From Candidatus Shapirobacteria bacterium (GTDB taxonomy: Bacteria > Patescibacteriota > Microgenomatia > UBA12405): a stretch of 64,000 nt of DNA. Position numbers and translations under genes: made by a program. Of this stretch, positions 49,601 through 59,795 are shown piece by piece. The stretch lies in NCBI GenBank assembly GCA_022837635.1, contig JALHFY010000001.1, forward strand, positions 317,693-381,692. Direction: 5' to 3'. Numbering within the stretch: position 1 is the first letter of the stretch; each line of letters opens with the position of its first letter. Under the pieces are notes generated by a model, which had not been told where the DNA came from, ran no database searches, and was given only the letters and a program-made list of their open reading frames with translations.

Positions 49601-50452
49601 TTAATATCCTTCTTTTAAACCTGTATCATCAAAAAATAGACTTCGGCCTCTAGTGTGGTATTTTTCTGTATATCTCAGATAAACAAAAATTGGAATACCA
49701 TTTTGAGGGATATAAGCATAATTATCACAGGTACACCTGTCACCATCAACCATATGGCGAGTCAAGAAAAAATCACTATTATCACGATCAAGTGGACCTA
49801 AATCACGATAATCTATAAAATTTTGTCTCGTATATTGATTAACTTGCATCATAGAAATAAAACCAACTTCAGATATGTGTGAATCACTGACTGATTCTAA
49901 AAACTTAGTGACTTTAGAAGAGTTGTCTATATAGTTTTTCATGAGCACACAATTTATTCTTAAATCAGCATTTAATTCGTTTTTGACAAATGGTAAATCG
50001 TCAATTGATAAAGTTTTGGTTCCAAAAACTTGATTGTTTTTCATATCAAGATAATGGTGCCGACTTAACTGAATCGATTCGATAATGTATTTGTTTAATA
50101 AGTCAATATTATCTTTTAAGAAAGAACCATTAGTGTTGATAGTTATTCTTCGATTGTATTCGGAAAGAAGATCTAAAAGTCCTTCAAACTTCTGTGGGTT
50201 GATTAGAGGTTCACCTCCGCTAACAGAAAAACGACTAATGTGTGGATATGTCTGCCTTAAAATTGTCCTAAGTTTAGGTAGATCTAAATTACTAGTTTCA
50301 TTCGGGTTTAATTCAGCATTCGAACAAAATTGACAACGGCCATTGCATTGACCAGTAATATTTATATAGAAAGGAAATTCTTTATCGGAAGGACTACATT
50401 CGTATGGTGATAAATTAAAGGTCTGACCAGAAACTTCAACGATGTAACTCAT
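49601..50452 (-). CDS. radical SAM enzyme, putative peptide maturase
   Basis: CNGRCQFC (CxxxCxxC), SGGEP, INTNG, QLSRHHY; no SPASM motif seen. Confidence 0.88.
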   Translation of the reverse strand: MSYIVEVSGQTFNLSPYECSPSDKEFPFYINITGQCNGRCQFCSNAELNPNETSNLDLPKLRTILRQTYPHISRFSVSGGEPLINPQKFEGLLDLLSEYNRRITINTNGSFLKDNIDLLNKYIIESIQLSRHHYLDMKNNQVFGTKTLSIDDLPFVKNELNADLRINCVLMKNYIDNSSKVTKFLESVSDSHISEVGFISMMQVNQYTRQNFIDYRDLGPLDRDNSDFFLTRHMVDGDRCTCDNYAYIPQNGIPIFVYLRYTEKYHTRGRSLFFDDTGLKEGY

Positions 50453-50465
50453 GTTACAAAATTAT

Positions 50466-50705
50466 TTAACATGATTTGTGACTACTACTGCTACCACCGC
50501 GACCACAGGGATGCCCACCGCCAGAACTACTGCTACCACCGCGACCACAGGGATGCCCACCGCCAGAACTACTGCTACCACCGCAATTATGATCCTCCAT
50601 ATAACCAAAAATGTCATCTAGACGGGCTCTAGCAAGGTCACCATACTCACTATCAACTCTGGAATTAACTAAATTGGCAGCAATTTCTTTATTATTTGTA
50701 CTCAT
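50466..50705 (-). CDS. putative RiPP precursor peptide (79 aa) with tandem Cys/His/Gly/Ser core repeats
   Basis: MSTNNKEIAANLVNSRVDSEYGDLARARLDDIFGYMEDHNCGGSSSSGGGHPCGRGGSSSSGGGHPCGRGGSSSSHKSC; TGnTATTAT 5 nt upstream of the ATG; 13 bp from the radical SAM gene. Confidence 0.65.
   Translation of the reverse strand: MSTNNKEIAANLVNSRVDSEYGDLARARLDDIFGYMEDHNCGGSSSSGGGHPCGRGGSSSSGGGHPCGRGGSSSSHKSC
50484..50584. repeat. exact 42-bp tandem repeat, 2.4 copies
   Basis: ACTACTGCTACCACCGCGACCACAGGGATGCCCACCGCCAGA at 50484 and 50526, plus a 17-bp partial copy at 50568. Confidence 0.95.
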
Positions 50706-50798
50706 GGCTGATAATAACACACTTGCTTAGATAATAAAAACGAGTAGAGAAGTATTGAGAGATAAGGTAAAATATAGTTTGGCAAGCTGCAATATTTT

Positions 50799-50869
50799 TA
50801 CCCCGTCGTCTAATGGTAGGACATTACGCTCTGAACGTAAGAATCGTGGTTCGAATCCATGCGGGGTAA
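50799..50869 (+). tRNA. tRNA-Gln(CTG); U1-A72 pair; CCA not encoded
   Basis: TACCCCG/CGGGGTA acceptor stem, TTACG-CTCTGAA-CGTAA anticodon arm, GGTTCGAATCC T arm. Confidence 0.93.
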
Positions 50870-50930
50870 CAAAACAAATAACATAAAGTAAATAAATCTT
50901 GGAATATTTTTCTTTGCTATGATGGTATAG

Positions 50931-52004
50931 ATGAATCAAAATAGAAAAAGTAAAATTATAGCCACAGTGGGGCCGGCGACGGAAAGTGAAAAAGTCTTGA
51001 ATGAAATTATTCAAAACGGAGTGAATGTTTGTCGATTGAACACTAAATATAGTGATAAAAGTTGGCATCAAAAAGCAATTAGAAATATTAGAAAAGTAAG
51101 TGGTGGTAAGGTGCCGATACTTTTGGATATTCCCAGACTTGATTTTGAAATTTTTGAAAATGTGGATATGGTGGCCGTATCGTATATTAAAAATGCGTCA
51201 GAGATTGAGAAAGTAAAAGAGAGATTAAAAAGACAAGGGCGGAAATTACCGATTATTGCCAAGATTGAAAATGTCTCAGCGCTAAAGAATTTGGAAGAAA
51301 TTATTCAAGTGACAGATGGAGTCATGGTGGCTAGAGGCGACTTGGGAAGAAATATTCCGATTGAAGAATTGGCTACACTACAGGGAAGAATTATTGATAC
51401 CACTAGATTAGCCAACAAACCGGTAATTGTAGCCACGGAGATGTTGTTATCAATGACTAAAAATCCCCTACCGACTCGAGCGGAGGCTTCTGATGTGGCT
51501 CACGCCTTGTTTGATGGAGCCGATGCGGTGATGTTGTCAGAAGAAACTTCAATCGGAGAACATCCGGCGGAAGCAGTTAAAGTGATGAGTAAAATTTTAG
51601 GTTTTAGTGAGAAAAACGGTGACATCAAAGAGATTGAACATGACAACGACACTTTAGGAGAAACTATTATTAAATCGGCTAAAGACTTATCAGAGTTTGC
51701 AGATGCAGTCGTGGTCTTTACAAAATCAGGGGGATCAGCGCAGAAATTAAGTAATTATCGTCTCCAGAAAAATATAATTGCCATTACTGATCAGGAAGAG
51801 GTGGCAAAATTATTGAATTTATCTTATGGAGTAACCCCCTACTTTAAAAAGTTTACTGACAAACATTTTGATAAAAATCATGACATTTTTGAAGAACTTA
51901 AAGAAGCGAAAATGATTAAAAACAAAAGTAAACTACTATTGATACATGGCAATAACTGGCTGGAAAGCGGTTCAGTGAATGCTCTTAGTTTTGTGGAAGT
52001 TTAG
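50931..52004 (+). CDS. pyk: pyruvate kinase lacking the B (lid) domain
   Basis: KIIATVGPA, IIAKIEN, MVARGDLG, VIVATEMLLSM, PTRAEASDV, DAVMLS; only 357 aa. Confidence 0.88.
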   Translation: MNQNRKSKIIATVGPATESEKVLNEIIQNGVNVCRLNTKYSDKSWHQKAIRNIRKVSGGKVPILLDIPRLDFEIFENVDMVAVSYIKNASEIEKVKERLKRQGRKLPIIAKIENVSALKNLEEIIQVTDGVMVARGDLGRNIPIEELATLQGRIIDTTRLANKPVIVATEMLLSMTKNPLPTRAEASDVAHALFDGADAVMLSEETSIGEHPAEAVKVMSKILGFSEKNGDIKEIEHDNDTLGETIIKSAKDLSEFADAVVVFTKSGGSAQKLSNYRLQKNIIAITDQEEVAKLLNLSYGVTPYFKKFTDKHFDKNHDIFEELKEAKMIKNKSKLLLIHGNNWLESGSVNALSFVEV

Positions 52005-52441
52005 TTTTTATAGTAAGACTTAATTTGAAATAGAACATACCAGGCGATAAGACCATTGATAATCAGGGAACCCAAATTAAAGGTGATCAAATTATTTAAG
52101 GCGGTTAATAAAGAGGCATAAAAACAAAAATACCAAGCTTTTTGAGTCCGTTTGAATAATCCTGGTAAGGCAAGAACTTGAAGAACAAAAGTTAAAATAG
52201 CAATTAAAGTGGAAAGTACGGAAAAACCTAAACCAACAAAAATAGCAAATGGAGTCAACAAAGTACTAATACCGAGAGCTGCTAACATTACAGGAAAAGC
52301 AAAAATCAATAGAACTAAACTGAAATAAGGACCATACTTAACGATAAATTCTTTGATGTTTTTAGGCATAGCAGGAGCTTTTTTACCAAAGTACAAGGCT
52401 AACCAGTTTTCAATGGGTTGGAGAAAATTAAGTTTAGTCAT
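52001..52441 (-). CDS. integral membrane hypothetical protein
   Basis: Four hydrophobic segments. Confidence 0.7.
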   Translation of the reverse strand: MTKLNFLQPIENWLALYFGKKAPAMPKNIKEFIVKYGPYFSLVLLIFAFPVMLAALGISTLLTPFAIFVGLGFSVLSTLIAILTFVLQVLALPGLFKRTQKAWYFCFYASLLTALNNLITFNLGSLIINGLIAWYVLFQIKSYYKN

Positions 52442-52456
52442 AACTGTATTAAAGCA

Positions 52457-53184
<728 letters not shown>

Positions 53185-53185
<1 letters not shown>

Positions 53186-54381
53186 TACTTTTTCCTCCAA
53201 ATGATTTTGTTGTAGACAAACCAATTAAGAGGAATGGTTAAAAGAAAAATAGCGATAACTTGATAGAGAAGGAAATAATCCCCAAAGAGATTAGTTAACA
53301 GAGCAATAACTGTAGAGGGAATTAAAATCCCGGTAACTAAGGAAGAAGCATTAAAGGTTAAAAACTTACCTAGAAGGGAACTACCAGTAATTTTTTCCTT
53401 GGAAAAAGTCCAGAGATTATTCCAAGTAAAGTTGGAAATAATAGCTAGTTCAGCAGCTAAAGCATTGGCAAAACCATTGACAGTACTGGTAGAAGCAATT
53501 CGGGGGGTGAGGAAATTCTTAAAAAGACGACCACCGACTATATTAACAATAAAACCAATGCCACCGACAACGGCAAATTTGAGAAATTTCTGGGTAAGTT
53601 CGTCATACCAGCGCATTTTGAGAGCCACCATGAAAATATCTTTGGCGGTTTTAGATTCAATTTTAGATTCACCGGCATTACGGACGTGGAATTCTAGAGG
53701 AATTTCCTTGAATTTGGCACCCATTTTAAGAGTTTCATAAAGGAGTTGAAGTTTATAACCAAAACTTTTGGTGTACAAATGGGATGCATCCAGATTCATC
53801 TGATCAACAAAACCTTTGACGCGAGTGACTTTCAGACCGGTAGTGGGATCAGTAACTTTGAAGAAATTTTTGAAAGGAAAAAACATGATAAAACGAGCCA
53901 CAAAACCACCGACTTCAGAAAAGAAAACTCTTTTGAAACCCCAACCTTTAGGATTGGAACCGCCTTTGATTTTTCTAGAACCAATGACATAATCATAACC
54001 TTCGTCCATAGCTTTTAACATGACTGGGATAGTCTCTGGAGGATGTTGAAAATCACCATCAAACTCAAAGACAAAATCAGCTTTAAGTTGGTTCATGGCA
54101 TGCTTAAAACCAACTAAGTAAGCAGCACCAATACCATTTTTAGTAGGATTAGTATAAAGATGGACATTTTTGTATTTACGAGATAATTTTTCAACTACTT
54201 TACCGGTACCATCAGGAGAACTATCATCAACCACTAAAATATGCATGTCCCATTTTTTATCCAAACTAGGGAAGGTTTTAGTACATAAATATTCAATCAT
54301 TTTGCCAATATTGTCGGCTTCATTGTAGGTAGGAATCACAATAACTGCAGTTTCTTTTTTAGCTTTAGTTTGATTTTTCAT
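53185..54381 (-). CDS. polyprenol-phosphate mannosyltransferase-like GT2 fused to a GtrA domain
   Basis: IPTYNEADNI, VDDSSPDGT, FDGDFQH, then KFAVVGGIG...SNFTWNNLWTF (GtrA). Confidence 0.85.
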
Positions 54382-54413
54382 AAGTTTATATTAGCACAAT
54401 GATAAAATAAGCT

Positions 54414-55052
54414 ATGAAATTTGATGTTTTAACCTTGTTTCCCGAAATGTTTGAGAGTGTTTTCAGCAAGAGCATTATTGCCAGAGCGGTTAAAAAGAAA
54501 TTAATAAAAATTAATTACCATAATCTAAGAAAATGGGCTTGGAATAGTTATGGTTCGGTTGATGATCGACCATATGGAGGTGATGTAGGGATGCTGATAC
54601 GAGTGGATGTGGTGGATAGGGCAATTGAAGAAACCAGAAACAAGAAACAAGAAACAAGAATAATATTGTTGTCAGCGAGAGGGAAAAGACTGACTCAAAA
54701 AGACCTGCGAAGGTTGTCAAAGGAAAAAAATATTATGTTAATTTGTGGACATTATGAAGGTTTTGATGAAAGAATTTCGGAGCTGGTTGATGAAGAAATT
54801 TCGATTGGTGATTATGTTTTAAGTGGTGGAGAAATTCCCGCCATGGTATTGATTGATTCAATTTCACGATTAATTCCAGGAGTTTTGGGAAAAGATGAAT
54901 CAAGTTTAGTGGAAAGTTTTTCTCTAGGAAAAAATATTGAACATCCTCAATACACTCGACCGGCCGAGTACAAGGGTAAAAAAGTACCGGAAGTTTTGCT
55001 GTCAGGAGATCCTAAAAAAATAAAAGAGTGGCAAAAATCTAAATCCCGCTAA
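54414..55052 (+). CDS. trmD: tRNA (guanine-N1)-methyltransferase
   Basis: VLTLFPEMF, VDDRPYGG, CGHYEGFDER, SIGDYVLSGGE, PQYTRP. Confidence 0.96.
   Translation: MKFDVLTLFPEMFESVFSKSIIARAVKKKLIKINYHNLRKWAWNSYGSVDDRPYGGDVGMLIRVDVVDRAIEETRNKKQETRIILLSARGKRLTQKDLRRLSKEKNIMLICGHYEGFDERISELVDEEISIGDYVLSGGEIPAMVLIDSISRLIPGVLGKDESSLVESFSLGKNIEHPQYTRPAEYKGKKVPEVLLSGDPKKIKEWQKSKSR
54629..54663 (+). repeat. heptamer tandem repeat inside trmD
   Basis: AGAAACC AGAAACA AGAAACA AGAAACA AGAATAA (encodes ETRNKKQETRI). Confidence 0.7.
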
Positions 55053-55302
55053 TGATAATCAAGGCCAAGAGAGCTAAAAGGAGATATTCTACAATAATGG
55101 ATAATTGTAAATCGCGGCGACGACTATGATGAACTAAACTCCAAATAAAATAAAAAGCAGTAAAAGCATAAAGAACTCGACGTTGAAAATGAGAATGACC
55201 ATGATTACCAAAAAGAAGGAATAAAATTATAGTCAAAAGAGAAACTGCCAACAAAAGAAGATAATCAAAAGGTTGCTTTTTAATTTCTTTGAAAATAATC
55301 AT
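55039..55302 (-). CDS. small 3-TM membrane protein
   Basis: Hydrophobic helices; YFIWSLVHH...IIVEY. Confidence 0.65.
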   Translation of the reverse strand: MIIFKEIKKQPFDYLLLLAVSLLTIILFLLFGNHGHSHFQRRVLYAFTAFYFIWSLVHHSRRRDLQLSIIVEYLLLALLALIIISGI

Positions 55303-56162
55303 TAAAAGATACTCCCCTGCTGAGTAAAAATAAGTAATAATAAAATAACCATCAGAAAGCCAATATGACCGGCAGAAGAACCGGTAAAACGGGAGGTACC
55401 TTGTTTAAGAGTAATGTAAGAATCGATAACTAAAACGACAACGATAATCCCAAAAATAACAGTACCTAAAATTTTGCTTAAAAGTAGAGGGTTAATTTTA
55501 GGAGAAGAGACTGGAGGAGAAGCTTCAACGACAGAACCTAAAGCTTGGGATTGAGATTGAAGAGGAGCAGGTGAGGTTTCAGCAACTTTAGATTGTTGAG
55601 GAGTGGGAGTAGCAAAGTGTTGGACGACTAGAGTGGTTTTAACACCATTAAGGACACCATTGACCACACCAATACCGATTTCTTGATATTTACTATTGAC
55701 AATATTATCTCGATGAGTTGGAGAGTTCATCCAAGCTTTTAACATCGACTCAGTATCGTAAAAATCACGAGCTAAATTTTCCCCGGCCACAGTGTAATGG
55801 TAACCGGCTTGTTGGAAAAAGTCCCAAGGACTTTTTCCTGCGGGAGAATTGTGGGCCCAGTAGTTATTTTGGAACATGTCTTCGGCTTTAAGAACTGCAG
55901 ATTCGGAGAGTAAAGCATTATATTTCAAGGGTGGTAGACCGAGTTTTTGTCTTTGCAGATTGGTCTGATCAAGAACCTTTTGGACAGTAATTTCTGAAGA
56001 ATAACCTAAAATTCCAGGTTTGAGCATGCTTAAAGACTTGATTAGAGACTGATTGAGGAGATAAACGGCAATAATAATACCTAAAAATGAAGGGTGTAAA
56101 AGAAGAGCCCGATGATTGTTCCTTTCTTGAGGAATAAAAAGTAAAGAGAAAAACCCTTTCAT
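55302..56162 (-). CDS. CAP/SCP domain membrane protein
   Basis: TNLQR..GLPPL, KAEDM..NYWAH, AGENLA, WMNSPTHRDNI, EIGIG; start set at ATG 56162. Confidence 0.88.
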   Translation of the reverse strand: MKGFFSLLFIPQERNNHRALLLHPSFLGIIIAVYLLNQSLIKSLSMLKPGILGYSSEITVQKVLDQTNLQRQKLGLPPLKYNALLSESAVLKAEDMFQNNYWAHNSPAGKSPWDFFQQAGYHYTVAGENLARDFYDTESMLKAWMNSPTHRDNIVNSKYQEIGIGVVNGVLNGVKTTLVVQHFATPTPQQSKVAETSPAPLQSQSQALGSVVEASPPVSSPKINPLLLSKILGTVIFGIIVVVLVIDSYITLKQGTSRFTGSSAGHIGFLMVILLLLIFTQQGSIF

Positions 56163-56182
56163 AAATTCAGTATAAACTAAAT

Positions 56183-57235
56183 TTATCGGATTTTGAAAGA
56201 AAGGAGAAAAGGAATAATAAAAGAAATTATAGGAGTAAAGATAATATAAGAGGTAGGTGTACAAATAAAACGGGAAAGATAATAATCAATTGCGAGAGCT
56301 AAAAGTGATGATAGAAAAATAAAAGCTGGTTTTTTGATAAAAAATAAATTAACTATCAGTGCTAAAAGAAAGGTAAAGGGAATAATTGACAGACATTTTT
56401 TATCTTCAGAGGTAGATTGGTCTTCAGGAAAATAATCAGGAATAGTGGATAAACCTAAAACTGATGAGTTTAAAAATCCGGAGGCGGGAGTGCTGAAAGT
56501 AGCTTCACCCAAAGGAGTGGCACTGACAATTTCTGAAAAGGAACCGGTGGCACAACCATTACCAACTTTAATCTTAAAAAAGTATTTAACACCGGCATCC
56601 AAATTGTTGATAGTGTAACTGGTGGTACCAGGGGGACCAATATTAGGGTTGGCAAAGGTAGCGGCATGGGCTTCTTGACTATAGGCGATTAGGTAATAAG
56701 TAAAAGTATCGTTGGGTTCCGTCCAAAATAAAGTAACTGAATTGATACCCGGCACTACTTTGGTAATAATGGGGGTATATCTGGGAATAGACTGATGACA
56801 ACCTGTAGAGGATGGTGAAAATTGGTTACAATCAAAATTGAAAATAATATCTGATTGATAATGGGAATTCTGAAAAAGATTGTCAGCTTGACGAGGGAAA
56901 GAAAATTGCCAGAGTAAATCCAGACTTTCTTTGGCTTTGAGAGTGGTTAAAAAAGTTGACTGGTGATGCAGTTGGTTGAAGCTACCACCGTAGAGAACTT
57001 GATGGCGTCCAATAATGCTCAAATTGATTTGATCTGATAAATAATTTGAAGAAAGTGGTTCCAATCTTAAACTAAGAGGACAATCGATATTTTTCGGATT
57101 GGTAATTTTCAGAGAATTTTGGCCGTTAAAGCCCGGATAGATATTTTTGGCTTGATAAAAATCAGTAATAATTAATTCCTGGGCCATTACCGGCTGGGTA
57201 AAAATTAGAAAGAGGCAGAGGATGAGGAGAATCAT
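56183..57235 (-). CDS. secreted protein with TasA-like N-terminal segment, FN3 domain and C-terminal TMs
   Basis: Signal peptide; NIYPG...LKITN; VTLFW...YLIAY...YTINNL..GVKYFFKIKVGNGC (FN3). Confidence 0.7.
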   Translation of the reverse strand: MILLILCLFLIFTQPVMAQELIITDFYQAKNIYPGFNGQNSLKITNPKNIDCPLSLRLEPLSSNYLSDQINLSIIGRHQVLYGGSFNQLHHQSTFLTTLKAKESLDLLWQFSFPRQADNLFQNSHYQSDIIFNFDCNQFSPSSTGCHQSIPRYTPIITKVVPGINSVTLFWTEPNDTFTYYLIAYSQEAHAATFANPNIGPPGTTSYTINNLDAGVKYFFKIKVGNGCATGSFSEIVSATPLGEATFSTPASGFLNSSVLGLSTIPDYFPEDQSTSEDKKCLSIIPFTFLLALIVNLFFIKKPAFIFLSSLLALAIDYYLSRFICTPTSYIIFTPIISFIIPFLLSFKIR

Positions 57236-58842
57236 TCAAAATTAAACTCCTGGGGAGCGAGATTACTAAAGGTAACCATAAATTTTTTTGACAAGCCAGA
57301 GGCGGGAACACAGGTACCGCCACTACTGCAAGTGCCTAGGAAAAAATCTCGGGAAACAAAACCTTGTTCGTCAATTTGCTCGGGTAAAATTTGTCCAAAA
57401 ATTTGTTGATCTCCAGCAACATCTTGATAATCAATGGTATAACTCATGTCAGCGAGAGTGGTGGCTAATCCGGAAATAGTTAGAGTAATTTTGGAGACAC
57501 TCAATCTAGACTCTAAGTTGACAGTCGGTAAAGAAGCGATTTTTAACCAAGGACCTAAACCGGAAAATTGTCTTTGCCAATAAAAATCACCCAAATCGTT
57601 AGCCTCAAAAGAAGTAATGAGATTGTCATTTTGAAAGAGCTTTAGGTTGGCGGTTGTTTGTGTACTTGGAAAAAACACAGTCAGACTTTGGAGAGGTGAT
57701 AATTGGGTACTGTCTATAGTCAATGGGGATGAGCCATTGAGAGAATAGGTTAAATTTGATAAATCTAAAACCTGGGTTAGAGAATTATTAAAAAGAGTAA
57801 AAGCATGTTTATCAACTTTATTAATGACTAAATCAGGTAAAATGACGATTGGATAATGTTGTGGTAACTCAGAGTTACCGGCGGAATCAGTGGCGGAAAT
57901 GGAAATGATATTTTCACCAACTTCGAGAGGGGGTAAAGTTGGGTAATCAATAATTTCTGAACCGAGATCAGTGGTCAAGAGACTTAAATCGGGATTGGTT
58001 GGTAACCTGGAATCAAGCAAATGAGTTTTAAGATCGGCTATTTCTAAAATAGGAGTAGTATCGGAATCGTGATTTAGGTCTGTGAGATTAAAAACAATCT
58101 TGAAGAAGCTTCCTGCTAAATGACTAAGATTGCGACTAAGGCGAATCCAACCAGAGTCATAATCCAAATTACTGCTATCTAAATTACCATAAGTGAGAAT
58201 TTTTTCTAAAATATTTTCACCGGAAGAATCGGTTAAATAAACATCAAAAAAATTATATTCAGCAACATCTTGACTGCGAAAACGAAAAGAAAAATCCAGA
58301 TGAGCCGAAACTGATTGAGGCAGAAAAATATCTTGAGCAAATAAAGGATTGTTTTTATCTAGAGTTGCAGAAAGGGAGTGGTGGGTGGTGGGAAAGATGA
58401 TTAGATTGCTAGTAGGAGCTGTAGTGTCAAATTTAAGTTGGTGACTGAAAAAATCTTCTTCTTTGTCTTCGAGATTATTATAAATATCCAAGGCTAAGGA
58501 ACGAAAAGAATATAAACCATCACCTTGAGGTGCTGAAAAATTAAATTGAAATTGACTTGATTGAGCTTCATCAAAAAGAATCCAGGGTCCAAAATTAAAA
58601 GAGTAATATAAAAAAATTTTTTGAAGACCACTATCGTCGATAGCCTTGACGGTAATAGGAACAGAATTTTGATTGCTAACCTGAAAAGGTAGTTCCTCAA
58701 TTTCAGACTGAGGTGGATTTTGTTCGGCGATGGAAAAACTGAGATTATGATAAGTAGAGGTTGAATTAAAGGCAGCGAAAACAGGAAGCGGAACATTAAA
58801 ATATAAACATAGCACACTGACTAGAGTAAGAATGATTTTCAC
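57232..58842 (-). CDS. large secreted beta-rich (Ig-like) protein
   Basis: Signal peptide AAFNS...NLSF; DGLYSFRSLALD..NNLE; DTTAPTS; ATDSAGNSE Ig-like motifs. Confidence 0.65.
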   Translation of the reverse strand: MKIILTLVSVLCLYFNVPLPVFAAFNSTSTYHNLSFSIAEQNPPQSEIEELPFQVSNQNSVPITVKAIDDSGLQKIFLYYSFNFGPWILFDEAQSSQFQFNFSAPQGDGLYSFRSLALDIYNNLEDKEEDFFSHQLKFDTTAPTSNLIIFPTTHHSLSATLDKNNPLFAQDIFLPQSVSAHLDFSFRFRSQDVAEYNFFDVYLTDSSGENILEKILTYGNLDSSNLDYDSGWIRLSRNLSHLAGSFFKIVFNLTDLNHDSDTTPILEIADLKTHLLDSRLPTNPDLSLLTTDLGSEIIDYPTLPPLEVGENIISISATDSAGNSELPQHYPIVILPDLVINKVDKHAFTLFNNSLTQVLDLSNLTYSLNGSSPLTIDSTQLSPLQSLTVFFPSTQTTANLKLFQNDNLITSFEANDLGDFYWQRQFSGLGPWLKIASLPTVNLESRLSVSKITLTISGLATTLADMSYTIDYQDVAGDQQIFGQILPEQIDEQGFVSRDFFLGTCSSGGTCVPASGLSKKFMVTFSNLAPQEFNFE

Positions 58843-59393
58843 GGAGACTGGAGGCCGATAAATTTAAGAGAAAGGTTGGTGAGAGACTGTCCGGCATGAG
58901 TATTATCAACATCATCGAGAGTGACCAGGAAACGATACTGGGAAGCGCTATTTTGAGACAAAGTATCAAGATCTTTAGCAGAGTCACGCCAATCTTTCAG
59001 ACTGGCGGTAGCTAAATTGGTCCACTGGTTATCAGTTAATTTTTGAAAAGTAATATGGATTTTGTCTCCAATAATGGGCCAGGCAGAGGCGTTTTCAATG
59101 GGAGATAAATCTTCCAAACGAACACTGATTTTCAAGGAAATAGGAGAAAGACTGTTGTTTCTTAAGTAAAAGTCTTGATTACTACTGTAACCTGAACTCA
59201 TATTACTGTGATCAGAGGTAACAGCTAAAGTATTGCTCCAATTTTGAGAATCAGCACTAATTTGTAAATCAGCATTACCGGTGGTAAAAGTTAAGGAAGC
59301 GGTTTTAGCCTGAGAACTAAATAAAGCCCTAACTGATTTACTGGCAAAGATGATAACTACTAAGACTGAGAGGAGTATAAAGATTTTTTTCAT
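58839..59393 (-). CDS. TasA/camelysin-like protein with SipW-type signal peptide
   Basis: MKKIF...VRALFSSQ....LTFTTGNADLQI; C-terminal DNTHAGQSL..LKFIGLQ; start set at ATG 59393. Confidence 0.65.
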   Translation of the reverse strand: MKKIFILLSVLVVIIFASKSVRALFSSQAKTASLTFTTGNADLQISADSQNWSNTLAVTSDHSNMSSGYSSNQDFYLRNNSLSPISLKISVRLEDLSPIENASAWPIIGDKIHITFQKLTDNQWTNLATASLKDWRDSAKDLDTLSQNSASQYRFLVTLDDVDNTHAGQSLTNLSLKFIGLQSP

Positions 59394-59466
59394 TTGAATT
59401 AGAAATAAAAATAACAAATATAAAGTAAATAATAATACTAATATTTGGAAGGATGCAAGAGGCAAA

Positions 59467-59778
59467 TTAACGTTTTGGTGGTCGGCGAATAAAGAAGGTG
59501 GCCAATAAAAGTCCTAATAAAATACCGGTTAAATCAAAGAGAGTATCAGTGAATTTACCGGTACGTCCGGCAATAAAACTTTGATGAAACTCATCACTGA
59601 GAGCAAATAGATAGGCCCAAATAAAACTCAGTTTAAGATCGAAAAAAGCATAAAAAAGCAAGAAAGCTAAAATAATATATTCCCCTAAATGTAATAGTTT
59701 AAAGAAAAGAAAACGAGGCAGAAATTGAGGAGTGATACCAGTAGTAGACAGACCAGAGAAATAAAAAATGATTCCCAT
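59467..59778 (-). CDS. VanZ family membrane protein
   Basis: KLLHLGEY..L, FALSDEFHQSFIAGRTG..D..FD. Confidence 0.88.
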   Translation of the reverse strand: MGIIFYFSGLSTTGITPQFLPRFLFFKLLHLGEYIILAFLLFYAFFDLKLSFIWAYLFALSDEFHQSFIAGRTGKFTDTLFDLTGILLGLLLATFFIRRPPKR

Positions 59779-59795
59779 CCAAATGAGGGCAGGAA

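Noticed and set aside
50484-50584. 42-bp repeats as a CRISPR array
   Set aside because: Units are directly adjacent with no unique spacers, are in frame within an ORF, and no cas genes are present
49580-50900. Integrative element or prophage at tRNA-Gln
   Set aside because: No integrase and no duplicated tRNA 3' end seen; the cassette is on the 5' side of the tRNA
50727-51071. 114-aa minus-strand ORF upstream of the precursor as a third system gene
   Set aside because: It is the antisense of tRNA-Gln and the pyk start (VTPHGFEPRFLRSERNVLPLDDG is a tRNA shadow)
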